From contig JAWBRA010000031.1 of the NCBI GenBank assembly GCA_038844785.1, positions 1 through 16,749 on the forward strand: a stretch of 16,749 nt of DNA, read 5' to 3'. Each line of letters starts with the position of its first letter. The stretch's first letter is position 1. Under the pieces are notes generated by a model. It was not told the origin of the DNA. It saw nothing but the letters and a program-made list of their open reading frames with translations, and searched no databases. Positions 1 through 7,979 of this stretch are shown here, piece by piece. The DNA is from Candidatus Caldarchaeum sp. (GTDB lineage: Archaea > Thermoproteota > Nitrososphaeria_A > Caldarchaeales > Caldarchaeaceae). The position numbers and the translations under genes are program-made.

Positions 1-139
1 TTGGCGAAAAACTTTCACAAAAGTATTTCTGATAAAAACATGCAGTGCCATTAACCTTTGTCTAACACGCCATCACGTTAACGGTTTATCATACATTCTA
101 CTTGTTTCCACGGGTTGGGGGAGATTATGTGTTAAGCGT

Positions 140-610
140 TCAACGCCTCTGTATCCTGCCCAGGATCAGCTTGACCCCGTTTTCTCCACATCATACCTCA
201 ACCTTTCCGCAGCTATTCTGGAGCAACATCCGCCGATACCATCGTCAAGAAGGGTTTTATACCGTATTTTGACGATAAGACCTCAACGCTGTCAAGCGGT
301 TTGGTTTTCCCCGCCTATGAAAATATTATCATCGCAGAACACGTCTATGTCCAATACCTCGCCGTCCTTCTTAGCCAATCCCTTTAGCACTGGGGGTATC
401 CAAGCTCTTCGAGGAGAACCTGTATTTAGGCTGCTGCGTGCATCTCGTAACTCCTAAAGCAGACCAGCTTCGGCAAAACCTTCGAAACCTTCTGTCAAAC
501 AGCTCACAGGACTTGAGTATGCCTTTTTTGCCGGCCAAAGCGTACCTGAACTCCTCTTCTTCCTCCAGAATCCTCAGAAACTATCGTTTAAGGTTGGCAG
601 CCAACCCCAT
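140..610 (-). pseudogene. Degraded archaeal DUF3782/paREP-like coiled-coil + PD-(D/E)XK nuclease gene
   Basis: Manual minus-strand reading from ATG 610 gives MGLAANLKR*FLRILEEEEEFRYALAGKKG, with an in-frame TAG at 583-581. This matches the typical 'LKEEFLRLLxEDEEFRYAVAG' N-terminus. Frameshifted downstream pieces read VLLEELGYP, DGEVLDIDVFCDDNIFIGGE (D..E nuclease-like) and KYGIKPFLTMVS, ending ..GVKLILGRIQRR* at ~140. Not present in the ORF track. Confidence 0.6.
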
Positions 611-653
611 CCAATAACCATGACTGGAAAGTCTGGCTTATGGCTCCCGTCTT

Positions 654-1058
654 TTATAACAGGTTTTTCGGCTCTCTTCTAGGCGTTTTCAACCCGTCCA
701 AGTGTTTGTCGAAGGAGACTATTGACTCCGCATTACTCGACAGCGCTGCTGAGTATTGTATTGCATTGTCCATGTCCAGCCCTTGTGTCAAAGCGATTTC
801 GACCGCTGTAAGCTCATCAGCAAGCGATGTGCGATGTATTTTGAGTCCTTTATAGGCGGTCAGGCTTGTCAGAAACGTCTTCAACGCGTCAAGCCTCTTA
901 AAACCATCCATCAAAACAATTATGGAGTGGATCGTGAAGTCGGTTACCAACGCCTCTATTTTTCCATCCCTTACAAGCCTGAGCAGCTGTTTACATTCTT
1001 CGCTTCCTCCCCTGCCCAGCAGTACTTCAAGAAATATGTTAGTGTCGATTAGATTCAT
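654..1058 (-). CDS. vapC: PIN-domain VapC toxin (possible active-site D->N)
   Basis: 134 aa; N-terminal LIDTNIFLE, LDMDNAIQY and IVSFD motifs; overlaps the upstream antitoxin by 20 nt. Confidence 0.9.
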   Translation of the reverse strand: MNLIDTNIFLEVLLGRGGSEECKQLLRLVRDGKIEALVTDFTIHSIIVLMDGFKRLDALKTFLTSLTAYKGLKIHRTSLADELTAVEIALTQGLDMDNAIQYSAALSSNAESIVSFDKHLDGLKTPRREPKNLL

Positions 1059-1326
1059 CCCTGAGCACCTTAAGCCTCCACATCTCCACCGCCCGGTGCT
1101 GCAGCTCTACAGCATCCACGTCAACATCTGATAGAAGCCCTGAAACCGCGTCGACCGGGTCGCCGACGAACTCTATTTCCATGGATGCGTGGGTTTGCTG
1201 GAGCCAATTAGTGATTGCTTCTGAAGCGGCTTTGCTGAGCGCGCCTTTGCCGTACCCAAACCTTCTCATGGCAAACTCCCGGAACCGTCTTTCCAGCCCC
1301 TCCCCAAGAATTATCCTTATAGACAT
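1039..1326 (-). CDS. vapB: Ribbon-helix-helix-type antitoxin (VapB) partner of 654-1058
   Basis: 95 aa; beta strand plus 'RRFREFAMRRFGYGKGALSKAASEAITNW' RHH-like motif common in archaea; GGTGA RBS just before the ATG; directly upstream of and overlapping vapC. Confidence 0.8.
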   Translation of the reverse strand: MSIRIILGEGLERRFREFAMRRFGYGKGALSKAASEAITNWLQQTHASMEIEFVGDPVDAVSGLLSDVDVDAVELQHRAVEMWRLKVLRDESNRH

Positions 1327-1340
1327 TTCACCACATATAA

Positions 1341-2120
1341 CTAATATAAAAGTTTTAGAACGTCCACCCGAGCGCTTTTGGCTATCTGAACCTCGCTTTC
1401 GGCTTCAAACCCCAGCCCATTACCTATCGCTACAAGCTTCTCGACAATCTCGTCATGGTCAAAATCATAGTCCTCTTCCTCCTCAACAGCAACCTCTCCC
1501 CCAGTCTTAGTAGCTACGTAGTACAGAAATAGGTCCACGTCGAGCAGATTTAGGTCAGCTCTATTTGGATAAACTAGTTTGAAGAGGGATTTCAATACTT
1601 CATTTAACTTCTCATACTCTGAACCGCTTATCTTGTACTTCCTAGTCGGCAAGACTCCTCTAAGACCCAATGTCTCAAGGGCCTTTCTACTCTTGTCGTT
1701 CCAAATGCTATAGCTTGAGGGGTTGACGAAGGCGAGGATCTCGGTAACACCGGCAGGCCCAACACCCTTCACTACTTTCTCAAAAAACATGTCGTAGCGC
1801 TTTGCTAGCGGTGCATCGCCATAGAGCAGGTTTTTAAGCTCAGACTTGAAAGCGTCTAGGCCTGGGTTTTCGATAACCTGTTCTGCAGCAGCCTCCTTAT
1901 TGTACCACCACCTGTATGCCCATAGTGAACCCATAATCCTCCTCACTTCAAGCTCGGAAAGCTGGTCTATAGTCTTCTCGTCGAGAAGCTTTCTAAACTC
2001 ATCCACCCTAACTTCCATCTCGCTAGAAAGAGTCTTAGCCTCGTCACTGTTCAACCACCGTCGGAAACCAGGTAGAAATCCATCGACCTTTGCCCTAACA
2101 TGTTCATCAAGTTCTAGCAT
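1341..2120 (-). pseudogene. C-terminally truncated restriction-endonuclease-like protein (HhH-like N-domain + start of PD-(D/E)XK domain)
   Basis: Likely start is ATG 2120 (MLELDE), with GAGGA RBS and TTTAAAA upstream, rather than TTG 2183. Contains 'KGVGPAGVTEILAFVNPSSYSIWN' and 'LLDVDLFLYY' (DNA-recognition domain seen in McrB/Mrr-like proteins), an acidic linker, then 'FDHDEIVEKLVAIGNGLGFEAESEVQIAKSARVDV'. It stops five residues later with no ExK/EVQ motif. Confidence 0.65.
1344..1355 (-). promoter_or_regulatory. TATA-like promoter element of the first vapBC
   Basis: Minus strand reads AAAACTTTTATAT, about 20 nt upstream of the antitoxin ATG at 1326. Confidence 0.5.
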
Positions 2121-2144
2121 TGCTATTCCTCTGTGGTTCAAATG

Positions 2145-2160
2145 TTTTAAATCTTTTTTA
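2145..2160 (-). promoter_or_regulatory. BRE/TATA-like promoter for the nuclease-like gene
   Basis: Minus strand reads TAAAAAAGATTTAAAA, about 25 nt upstream of ATG 2120. Confidence 0.45.
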
Positions 2161-2196
2161 AACGTCGCCTTTGATATTGTCAAGTTAAGGGCGAGC

Positions 2197-2230
2197 CTAC
2201 TCCCTCAAATATGAATTTGGATAGGAGTAG
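2197..2230. repeat. Imperfect inverted repeat / hairpin
   Basis: CTACTCC (2197-2203) pairs with GGAGTAG (2224-2230); inner CAAAT (2206-2210) pairs with ATTTG (2215-2219) around a 4-nt loop. Confidence 0.5.
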
Positions 2231-2656
2231 ACCCGTTTGATTAGTGATAGAGATGTCTTTCCCAGCTGTAGGTTTCTTGTCAAGGCTTTATTCTGAGGTT
2301 TTCTGAGCTGTGGTATGTCGGCCATCGGAGTACGCCGAACAGTTCATCATAATTAAGCGAATTCCCATAGAAGGGTGAAATTCTGTAAACGCCTGCTGCC
2401 CACAACAAACATGGTGTCCATGGCTTCCACCAAGACTGCTGTTTTCTGATGTCTGAAGGAAGTTTCGCTGATGCGCGGAGGTTTTGGAAAAGACAAAGGC
2501 AGTAGGTCGCCAATATGCTGCGGTCAATAAGCTTCCTTTTTTCTATACCTTATTACTGTCAACACAAACCTAGCAGTCTTTTCCGTCTTTTGATAATGTG
2601 GTTCTAGGTTAGATGCGTTTTTTAACGTGTAGAAAGGACTTAGTTATGGTTTAAGA

Positions 2657-3103
2657 TTAGTCGAATGTTGTTATCTCGGTTATGGACCCGCCCTTCTCTA
2701 TGATTTCTGTATCGACTGTTAATAACTTGCATCCGATTCTTTTGGCTAGGTACATGTATGCTGCATCATATATCGTTAGCTTCGTTGACTCGGCTATTCT
2801 TAGTATCTCGCTTAGATCGTCCCAGTCGATGTTATCTACGATTAGGCCGATGGCGCCCATGGCTTGAAGAGCTTTTTCACCATCCTCCAAGCTCATTTTC
2901 CCAGCCCTTATCGCCTTATTTATAACGGAGGCTAGCTCGTACAGGATTAATGATGGGCCATGTGCCTCGACCCGTCTATAAGCTATATCTTCGGCCAGGG
3001 CTCTCGCATTTTTCTCCCATTTTTCTCCTGGGATAATCCATTTGGCCGCGACACTCGCATCTACGACGATCTTCAGCTTCTCTCTCTGTCCTCCCTTATC
3101 CAT
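2657..3103 (-). CDS. vapC: PIN-domain VapC toxin
   Basis: IVVDASVAAKW, LILYEL, TIYDAAY and LLTVD: all four acidic PIN residues present. Overlaps the antitoxin; exact start uncertain. Confidence 0.92.
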   Translation of the reverse strand: MDKGGQREKLKIVVDASVAAKWIIPGEKWEKNARALAEDIAYRRVEAHGPSLILYELASVINKAIRAGKMSLEDGEKALQAMGAIGLIVDNIDWDDLSEILRIAESTKLTIYDAAYMYLAKRIGCKLLTVDTEIIEKGGSITEITTFD

Positions 3104-3303
3104 TTAACCAGCTCCTCCGTCGGTATCTCCTGAACTCTCATCCGTATCTCATCTAGACTGTTAAGCGCCCTCTTACCCAGCTCGGTACCCAACTTGATTT
3201 GTATGACCTCCCTTAGATACTCACTCCAGTTAACGTCAACCATCCTCATGAGATCCCTCAGCTCTTTTGGGACTTTTATGGAGACGTTCACAAGCCTACC
3301 CAT
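3073..3303 (-). CDS. vapB: Antitoxin (archaeal 'VNWSE' RHH-type VapB)
   Basis: Probable ATG at 3303: MGRLVNVSIKVPKELRDLMRMVDVNWSEYLREVI...VKWIREDRERS. Upstream of and overlapping vapC; TATAAATA at 3346-3339. Confidence 0.88.
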   Translation of the reverse strand: MGRLVNVSIKVPKELRDLMRMVDVNWSEYLREVIQIKLGTELGKRALNSLDEIRMRVQEIPTEELVKWIREDRERS

Positions 3304-3365
3304 AGGGACCACCAATAGGTAATCTATTATGAGACTACTATTTATACTTAGGGCTCTGAAACGTT

Positions 3366-3941
3366 GGTACTGTCAACTTTTACTTTTCGGATAGGCCTAT
3401 GGCTTGAGATGTTCTCATCTGGTTATGCGTGTCAGAGTCCTCGTGGGAAGGCTTACGCTTCTCTTTTATTCTTGGCTGGCCTTAGGCTTAGGGATGTGTC
3501 TGAGAGGTATGGCTTCACAGATGCTTCTGGGGATGGTGTTAGGGGGTGGGTTCGTAGGCTGGGGAGAGCCTTCAACCCTATACGTAAGGCTGGTCGCGGT
3601 GGATGAGGCTGTCGAGAAGAGGCTTGGCGAAAGGGTCTATCTATGGTCAGCGGTAGACGTATACGCCTCTAAAGGCAGGCCCATTCTTAATGCCCTGGCG
3701 TTGCTGAGGATGCATGTGAGGGCATAGTCGTGGATAGGGGTCCATGGCATCCACTGGCATAGAATACTTCCACGAGACCTCTGGGAATAGGAACAAGACA
3801 GGACCAGAAGACTCCACAACAACACAAACTCCAAGACAGTAAAGAGTATAGAGGAGATAGCAGCAGCAATAGCCCTAATACATAACCTACTCCTCAGAAC
3901 CCAAACAAGAGAAGGAGGCGTAATACCTAGCTGACAGTACC
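3366..3941 (+). mobile_element. Internally deleted IS6-family element with both terminal inverted repeats (576 bp)
   Basis: Left end GGTACTGTCAACT (3366-3378); right end AGCTGACAGTACC (3929-3941, reverse complement GGTACTGTCAGCT), 12/13 match. No target-site duplication (GAAACGTT vs ATTAAAAT). Confidence 0.85.
3398..3934 (+). pseudogene. tnp: Frameshifted IS6-family DDE transposase
   Basis: Pieces in different frames: HTH 'LFLAGLRLRDVSERYG...VRGWVRRL', 'LVAVDEA...VYLWSAVDV', 'IVVDRGPW', 'GIEYFHETSGNRNK' and 'RTRRLHNNTNSKTVKSIEEIAAAIALIHNLL...GGVIPS*'. The TGA (3932-3934) lies inside the TIR. The catalytic Glu segment appears deleted; start position approximate. Confidence 0.85.
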
Positions 3942-4060
3942 ATTAAAATTGAGGCACCACGCCTTCAAATGATTATTCCTCAACATATCTACGGTATCAG
4001 TAGCCCCAAAAGAGATAACTTACCGCTACCCTACTATGGTTTTCGCTGTGCTTTGCCAGG

Positions 4061-4083
4061 AAGGAAAAGGGTAGCTTTAAAAA
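4061..4083 (+). promoter_or_regulatory. BRE + TATA box for the aldehyde dehydrogenase-DUF1185 unit (probably leaderless)
   Basis: Purine-rich AAGGAAAAGG followed by TTTAAAAA (4076-4083), about 22 nt before ATG 4105; no SD sequence. Confidence 0.6.
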
Positions 4084-4104
4084 CCCCCATCTGAGATTAA
4101 AAAC

Positions 4105-5547
4105 ATGAACGTTCTGCAAAACTTCATCGGCAACGAATTTGTCGCCTCAAAGTCTGTTGAGACGATTCCAGTGTATAATCCTGCTTTCGACTCGGTAATT
4201 TCAAAAGTACCCATAAGCATGGAGGATGAGGTGGACAGCGCTGTGGAGGCAGGTGTCAGGGCTTTTGAAAAATTCCGCAAAACAACACCGTCGGAAAGAG
4301 TTGAATATTTGCTGAAGATCAGGACTTTGATCGAACGGGATACAGATCTGATTGCACGTGTTCTCGTCGACAACCACGGCAGGACATACTCAGAAGCCGT
4401 AGGCGAAGTTAGACGAAGTCTAGAAAACGTGGAGGCTGCCGCTGCTCTGGCTTACACACTGGCGAAAGGCGAAAACATGACCAACGTTTCGCCTGATATA
4501 GATCAAGAACTTATCCGAGAGCCTCTAGGCTGTTTCGCCATCATCACGCCTTTCAACATCCCGCTACACGCATGGTCATCATACGTGCCTTACGCAATTG
4601 CTTTAGGTGCTACGGTGGTTCTGAAACCGAGCGAGGTAACGCCGATGGTGGTCAACGAGATAGCTAGGATTGTGAAGGAGGCAGGCGTTCCGCCCGGTGT
4701 TATGAATGTTGTTCACGGCGACGGCCGTGTAGCTGAGAAGCTAGTGCAACACCCAGACATTCAAGGGGTTGGGTTCATAGGGTCTACGAGGACAGGAAAA
4801 CTACTGTATGAAGCCGCCGCCAAGATGGGGAAACGTGCTTCGATCAACGCGGGGGCGAAGAACCACCTCGTCGTACTGCCTGACGCCAATATGGAGAAAA
4901 CGGCCGAAGCCGTTGTTTCGTCGTTCTTCGGAATGTCGGGGCAGAGATGCTTAGCCGGCTCCAACCTTGTTGTCGTCAAAAACGGGGAGAAGATCGTTGA
5001 GCTGGTCAAGTCAAGGTCTTGGCTCCGCCTAGGCTACGGCATGGACAAGGAAACCGAAATGGGCCCCATGGCTTCGAAAACAGGTTTGGAAAGAGTTATG
5101 AAATTCATTGAAAGCAGTGAAACGGTTGGGAAGCTTCTGGTGGACGGTAGGTTGAACAAGCCCGTCAAACCGTTGAAAGGCTATTTCGTCGGGCCCACGG
5201 TTTTCGAAAACGTTTTGCCGAACAGCACGTTGGCGAAGGAGGAGATTTTCGGCCCCGTAGCCTCAATAATTTATGCAGAAAACCTTGACGAGGCAATAGA
5301 TTTGATAAATAAAAACACGCCTTACGGCAACGCCGCAGCGATCTTCACATCAAACCCACGGAAGGCCCGTGAATTTGTTCTGAATGTTAACGTCGGTAAC
5401 GTCGGCGTCAACATAGGTGTACCACAGCCCATGGCTTATTTCCCGCTCGGCGGGAGAAGAATGTCTTTCTTCGGAGTAGCTCATAGCAGGGTTGATACCT
5501 TAAGATTCTTTACCGACCATAAGATCGTGACAACGAGGTGGTGGTGA
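4105..5547 (+). CDS. CoA-acylating (methyl)malonate-semialdehyde dehydrogenase family aldehyde dehydrogenase (ALDH6/MmsA-like)
   Basis: 480 aa. ITPFNIP, LKPSE, GFIGST, 'NAGAKNH' (lacks the ELGG glutamate, typical of CoA-acylating MMSDH), catalytic 'GQRCLAG', EEIFGPV, YGNAAAIFT, 'VGVNIGVPQPMAYFPLGG..SFFG'. Confidence 0.92.
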   Translation: MNVLQNFIGNEFVASKSVETIPVYNPAFDSVISKVPISMEDEVDSAVEAGVRAFEKFRKTTPSERVEYLLKIRTLIERDTDLIARVLVDNHGRTYSEAVGEVRRSLENVEAAAALAYTLAKGENMTNVSPDIDQELIREPLGCFAIITPFNIPLHAWSSYVPYAIALGATVVLKPSEVTPMVVNEIARIVKEAGVPPGVMNVVHGDGRVAEKLVQHPDIQGVGFIGSTRTGKLLYEAAAKMGKRASINAGAKNHLVVLPDANMEKTAEAVVSSFFGMSGQRCLAGSNLVVVKNGEKIVELVKSRSWLRLGYGMDKETEMGPMASKTGLERVMKFIESSETVGKLLVDGRLNKPVKPLKGYFVGPTVFENVLPNSTLAKEEIFGPVASIIYAENLDEAIDLINKNTPYGNAAAIFTSNPRKAREFVLNVNVGNVGVNIGVPQPMAYFPLGGRRMSFFGVAHSRVDTLRFFTDHKIVTTRWW

Positions 5548-6155
5548 AGTTGGAGGCGGCGCCTGGAGTTGTTATCCGTAAAGTCGTGGTCTTCGCCGAC
5601 GAAACGCTTATTGAAAACGGTAGACGTCTTGACAAACCTGTCAGGAAAAGCGTCGCAGCCGCCGTAATCAAGAATCCATACGCTGGAAGATATGTTGAAG
5701 ATCTTCAACTGTTGATTGACGCAGGAGATTTTCTCGGTGGTTTCCTAGGCAGGAAAGCTCGTGAAACACTCGGCATCCCGCCTGCAGCTGTTGAAAGCTA
5801 TGGAAAAGCAGCCATAGTAGGCGTAGCCGGCGAGCTTGAACACGGCCATGCAATTCTTCATCCAAAGTTCGGCAGAGGATTGCGTGAAGAATGCGGTGGC
5901 CAAGATGTATGCAAAGCCATAATTCCCTCGGCTGCGAAAGTCGGCGGGCCTGGAACACCGATAGACGTCCCGCTCCACTACAAGCGGGCGGCGTTTGTAA
6001 GAAGCCATTACGACGCGGTAGAAATAAGGGTTTCCGACGCCCCAATGGCAGATGAGATCGTGGTCATAGCGGCGGTGACCGATTCTGGAAGACCTTTGCC
6101 GAGAATCGGCGGCTTGAAGAAAGAGGAGGTCAGGGGGGAAGATGGGCTACGTTAA
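5538..6155 (+). CDS. DUF1185 / AA_synth ('amino acid synthesis') family protein
   Basis: 'IRK..V..DE...E.G', 'AAAVIKNPYAGRYVEDL', 'ESYGKAAIVG..GELEHGHA..HP', 'AIIPS..KVG..G..IDVPLHYK...FVRSHYD', 'DAP.ADEIVV.......GRP..RIGG'. Start overlaps the ALDH stop (GTG at 5538, 5541 or 5544). Confidence 0.9.
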   Translation: MVVKLEAAPGVVIRKVVVFADETLIENGRRLDKPVRKSVAAAVIKNPYAGRYVEDLQLLIDAGDFLGGFLGRKARETLGIPPAAVESYGKAAIVGVAGELEHGHAILHPKFGRGLREECGGQDVCKAIIPSAAKVGGPGTPIDVPLHYKRAAFVRSHYDAVEIRVSDAPMADEIVVIAAVTDSGRPLPRIGGLKKEEVRGEDGLR

Positions 6156-7111
6156 AATAACCATTTGACCAGTCTTCTTTTTACGAAATCGACTATTCCG
6201 TTTCGGAAAAACGCAAGAAGGAACAGAAGTGTCAAACCATAAAGGATCTGCGTTAGAGGTCCGAGAAATTTCAAGGTCTCGTTTACGATAGAGATTATGG
6301 CTGAGCCTATGTAAGGACCGAGTAGGGTGGTTCTTCCGCCGAGGATGACGATAAGCTGGACAGGAATATCGATTGATGAAAAAGCAAAATATGAGGGCGC
6401 GATGAGCTGGGAAAACAGCCCGTAAAGAGCGCCTGCCAACCCAAGAAGCGCTGATGAAAACAGGGCTGTTAGACTTTTTACCCTAGAAACGTTTATGCCG
6501 ACGAGTTCGGCGCTGTTTTCATCATCTATGATACAACGGTAAGCGTATCCTGTTTTTGTGTGGAAAAGCAGGTAGTAGGAAGCCATGGTAACTGTCAGCA
6601 CTAAGGCCGCGGCAAGATAGTAGAAACGGAGGTTGTATGGTAGCGCGTCAAGAGGGCCGAGGCTTATCCCACGTATTCTAAAACCTGTCTCACCGCCGGT
6701 TATGCCTGAAAGACCTATGACAAGGTTGTTGAAGACAAGCGTAATGGCTAGAGTGAATATTCCTGTGAAGATAACGACAAGCCTGCGGCGGATAGATAAG
6801 ACGCTGACAACCCATCCGACGAAGGCAACCGCCAGCATGGAAACCAGCATGGCTTCAACAGGCCCCATCAAACCTTCTCTGAGAGATATTCCCGTAATAT
6901 ACGCACCCATCCCTATGAAAGCTCCTATACACAGGAAAAGCTGCCGCGTAAACCCGAAAAGAAAGTTAAACCCATAGGCGAAAACCGTGAAGAAAACCAT
7001 CTGCACCAATATGAAAATGACGTAAGGTGTGTTGATGAATAGAAGCGGTAACACTGTGTAAATGAGTATTAGCACTATGACAGCATTAAGCCTTGTTCTT
7101 TCTCTCACCAT
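6152..7111 (-). CDS. livM: Branched-chain amino acid-type ABC transporter permease (LivM-like)
   Basis: Hydrophobic; 'ITGGETG', 'TGYAYRCIIDDENSAELVGIN', 'ILGGRTTLLGPYIG'. Confidence 0.9.
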   Translation of the reverse strand: MVRERTRLNAVIVLILIYTVLPLLFINTPYVIFILVQMVFFTVFAYGFNFLFGFTRQLFLCIGAFIGMGAYITGISLREGLMGPVEAMLVSMLAVAFVGWVVSVLSIRRRLVVIFTGIFTLAITLVFNNLVIGLSGITGGETGFRIRGISLGPLDALPYNLRFYYLAAALVLTVTMASYYLLFHTKTGYAYRCIIDDENSAELVGINVSRVKSLTALFSSALLGLAGALYGLFSQLIAPSYFAFSSIDIPVQLIVILGGRTTLLGPYIGSAIISIVNETLKFLGPLTQILYGLTLLFLLAFFRNGIVDFVKRRLVKWLF

Positions 7112-7977
7112 TTCTCACCCACGATGCCATAGGGACGAAACAGTATGATAGCCATGATAAGAATTAGAAGAGCTACGTAGGCGAGGTAAGTACCTATGAA
7201 GAGGACGAGAAAAGTATAGGCTATTCCTATGACGAGGCCGGCTATTATTGTTCCATACACGCTGCGAATCCCGCCCACTACGCAGACAAGTAATCCGAGG
7301 ATTGTGAACTCTATTCCGCTTTCCGGCGCAACCGTGGCTATGATGCTACGGATTATCCCAGCAAGGCCGACGAGAAGTGCTCCCAGCATGAAAACCAGCA
7401 GACGATACTTCTTGACGCCTACTCCAACCATCAACGCACCTGTTTCGTTCTGGGTGAGGGAACGTATCGCCATACCGCTCCATGTTTTTCTGAGGAAAAA
7501 GTAAACTGCAACTAGGATGGTTGCTGAACCTATGCCGGTTACCAGCTGAGCTAGCCGAACCGTCAACCCCATGAAGTTTATGGATGTTATGGGCAGGTTG
7601 ATTGTAAGGAATGCGAGGGGGAAAGTTGTTATGATAGAGCTGTGGAGGAAAATTGAGAACGCGAGCGTCATGTAAAGGCCTAGAAGAACTCTTTCCTCAC
7701 CTTCAAGCTTGTAAACAGGCTGCAGAACGATTTTGTCGAGAAAGGCAGCTGCAGCAACTGCAACAGCTAGACCAGCTACTAAAGCTAAAGGCAGTGGAAA
7801 ACCCAACGTCTGCATCAAGACAGCCGAGGTTACTGTGCATACAACCAACAACTCGCCGTGAGCAAGGTTAAGCACACCAGCCAGACCATATATCAAAGTC
7901 AAGCCAGAAGCGATAAGCGAAAGAATCAAGCCGAAAACCACTCCATCTAGAAGAAACAACAGCAAACCAGAATCCAT
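7105..7977 (-). CDS. livH: Branched-chain amino acid-type ABC transporter permease (LivH-like)
   Basis: 'LIASGLTLIYG..GVLNLAHGE', 'GMAIRS..QN..GALMVGV', 'VVGGI.S..GT', 'FRPYGI.GE'. Confidence 0.92.
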   Translation of the reverse strand: MDSGLLLFLLDGVVFGLILSLIASGLTLIYGLAGVLNLAHGELLVVCTVTSAVLMQTLGFPLPLALVAGLAVAVAAAAFLDKIVLQPVYKLEGEERVLLGLYMTLAFSIFLHSSIITTFPLAFLTINLPITSINFMGLTVRLAQLVTGIGSATILVAVYFFLRKTWSGMAIRSLTQNETGALMVGVGVKKYRLLVFMLGALLVGLAGIIRSIIATVAPESGIEFTILGLLVCVVGGIRSVYGTIIAGLVIGIAYTFLVLFIGTYLAYVALLILIMAIILFRPYGIVGEKW

Positions 7978-7979
7978 CG

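Noticed and set aside
2280-2527. Two short minus-strand ORFs (77 and 79 aa)
   Set aside because: TTG starts, mutual overlap, atypical composition and no motifs.
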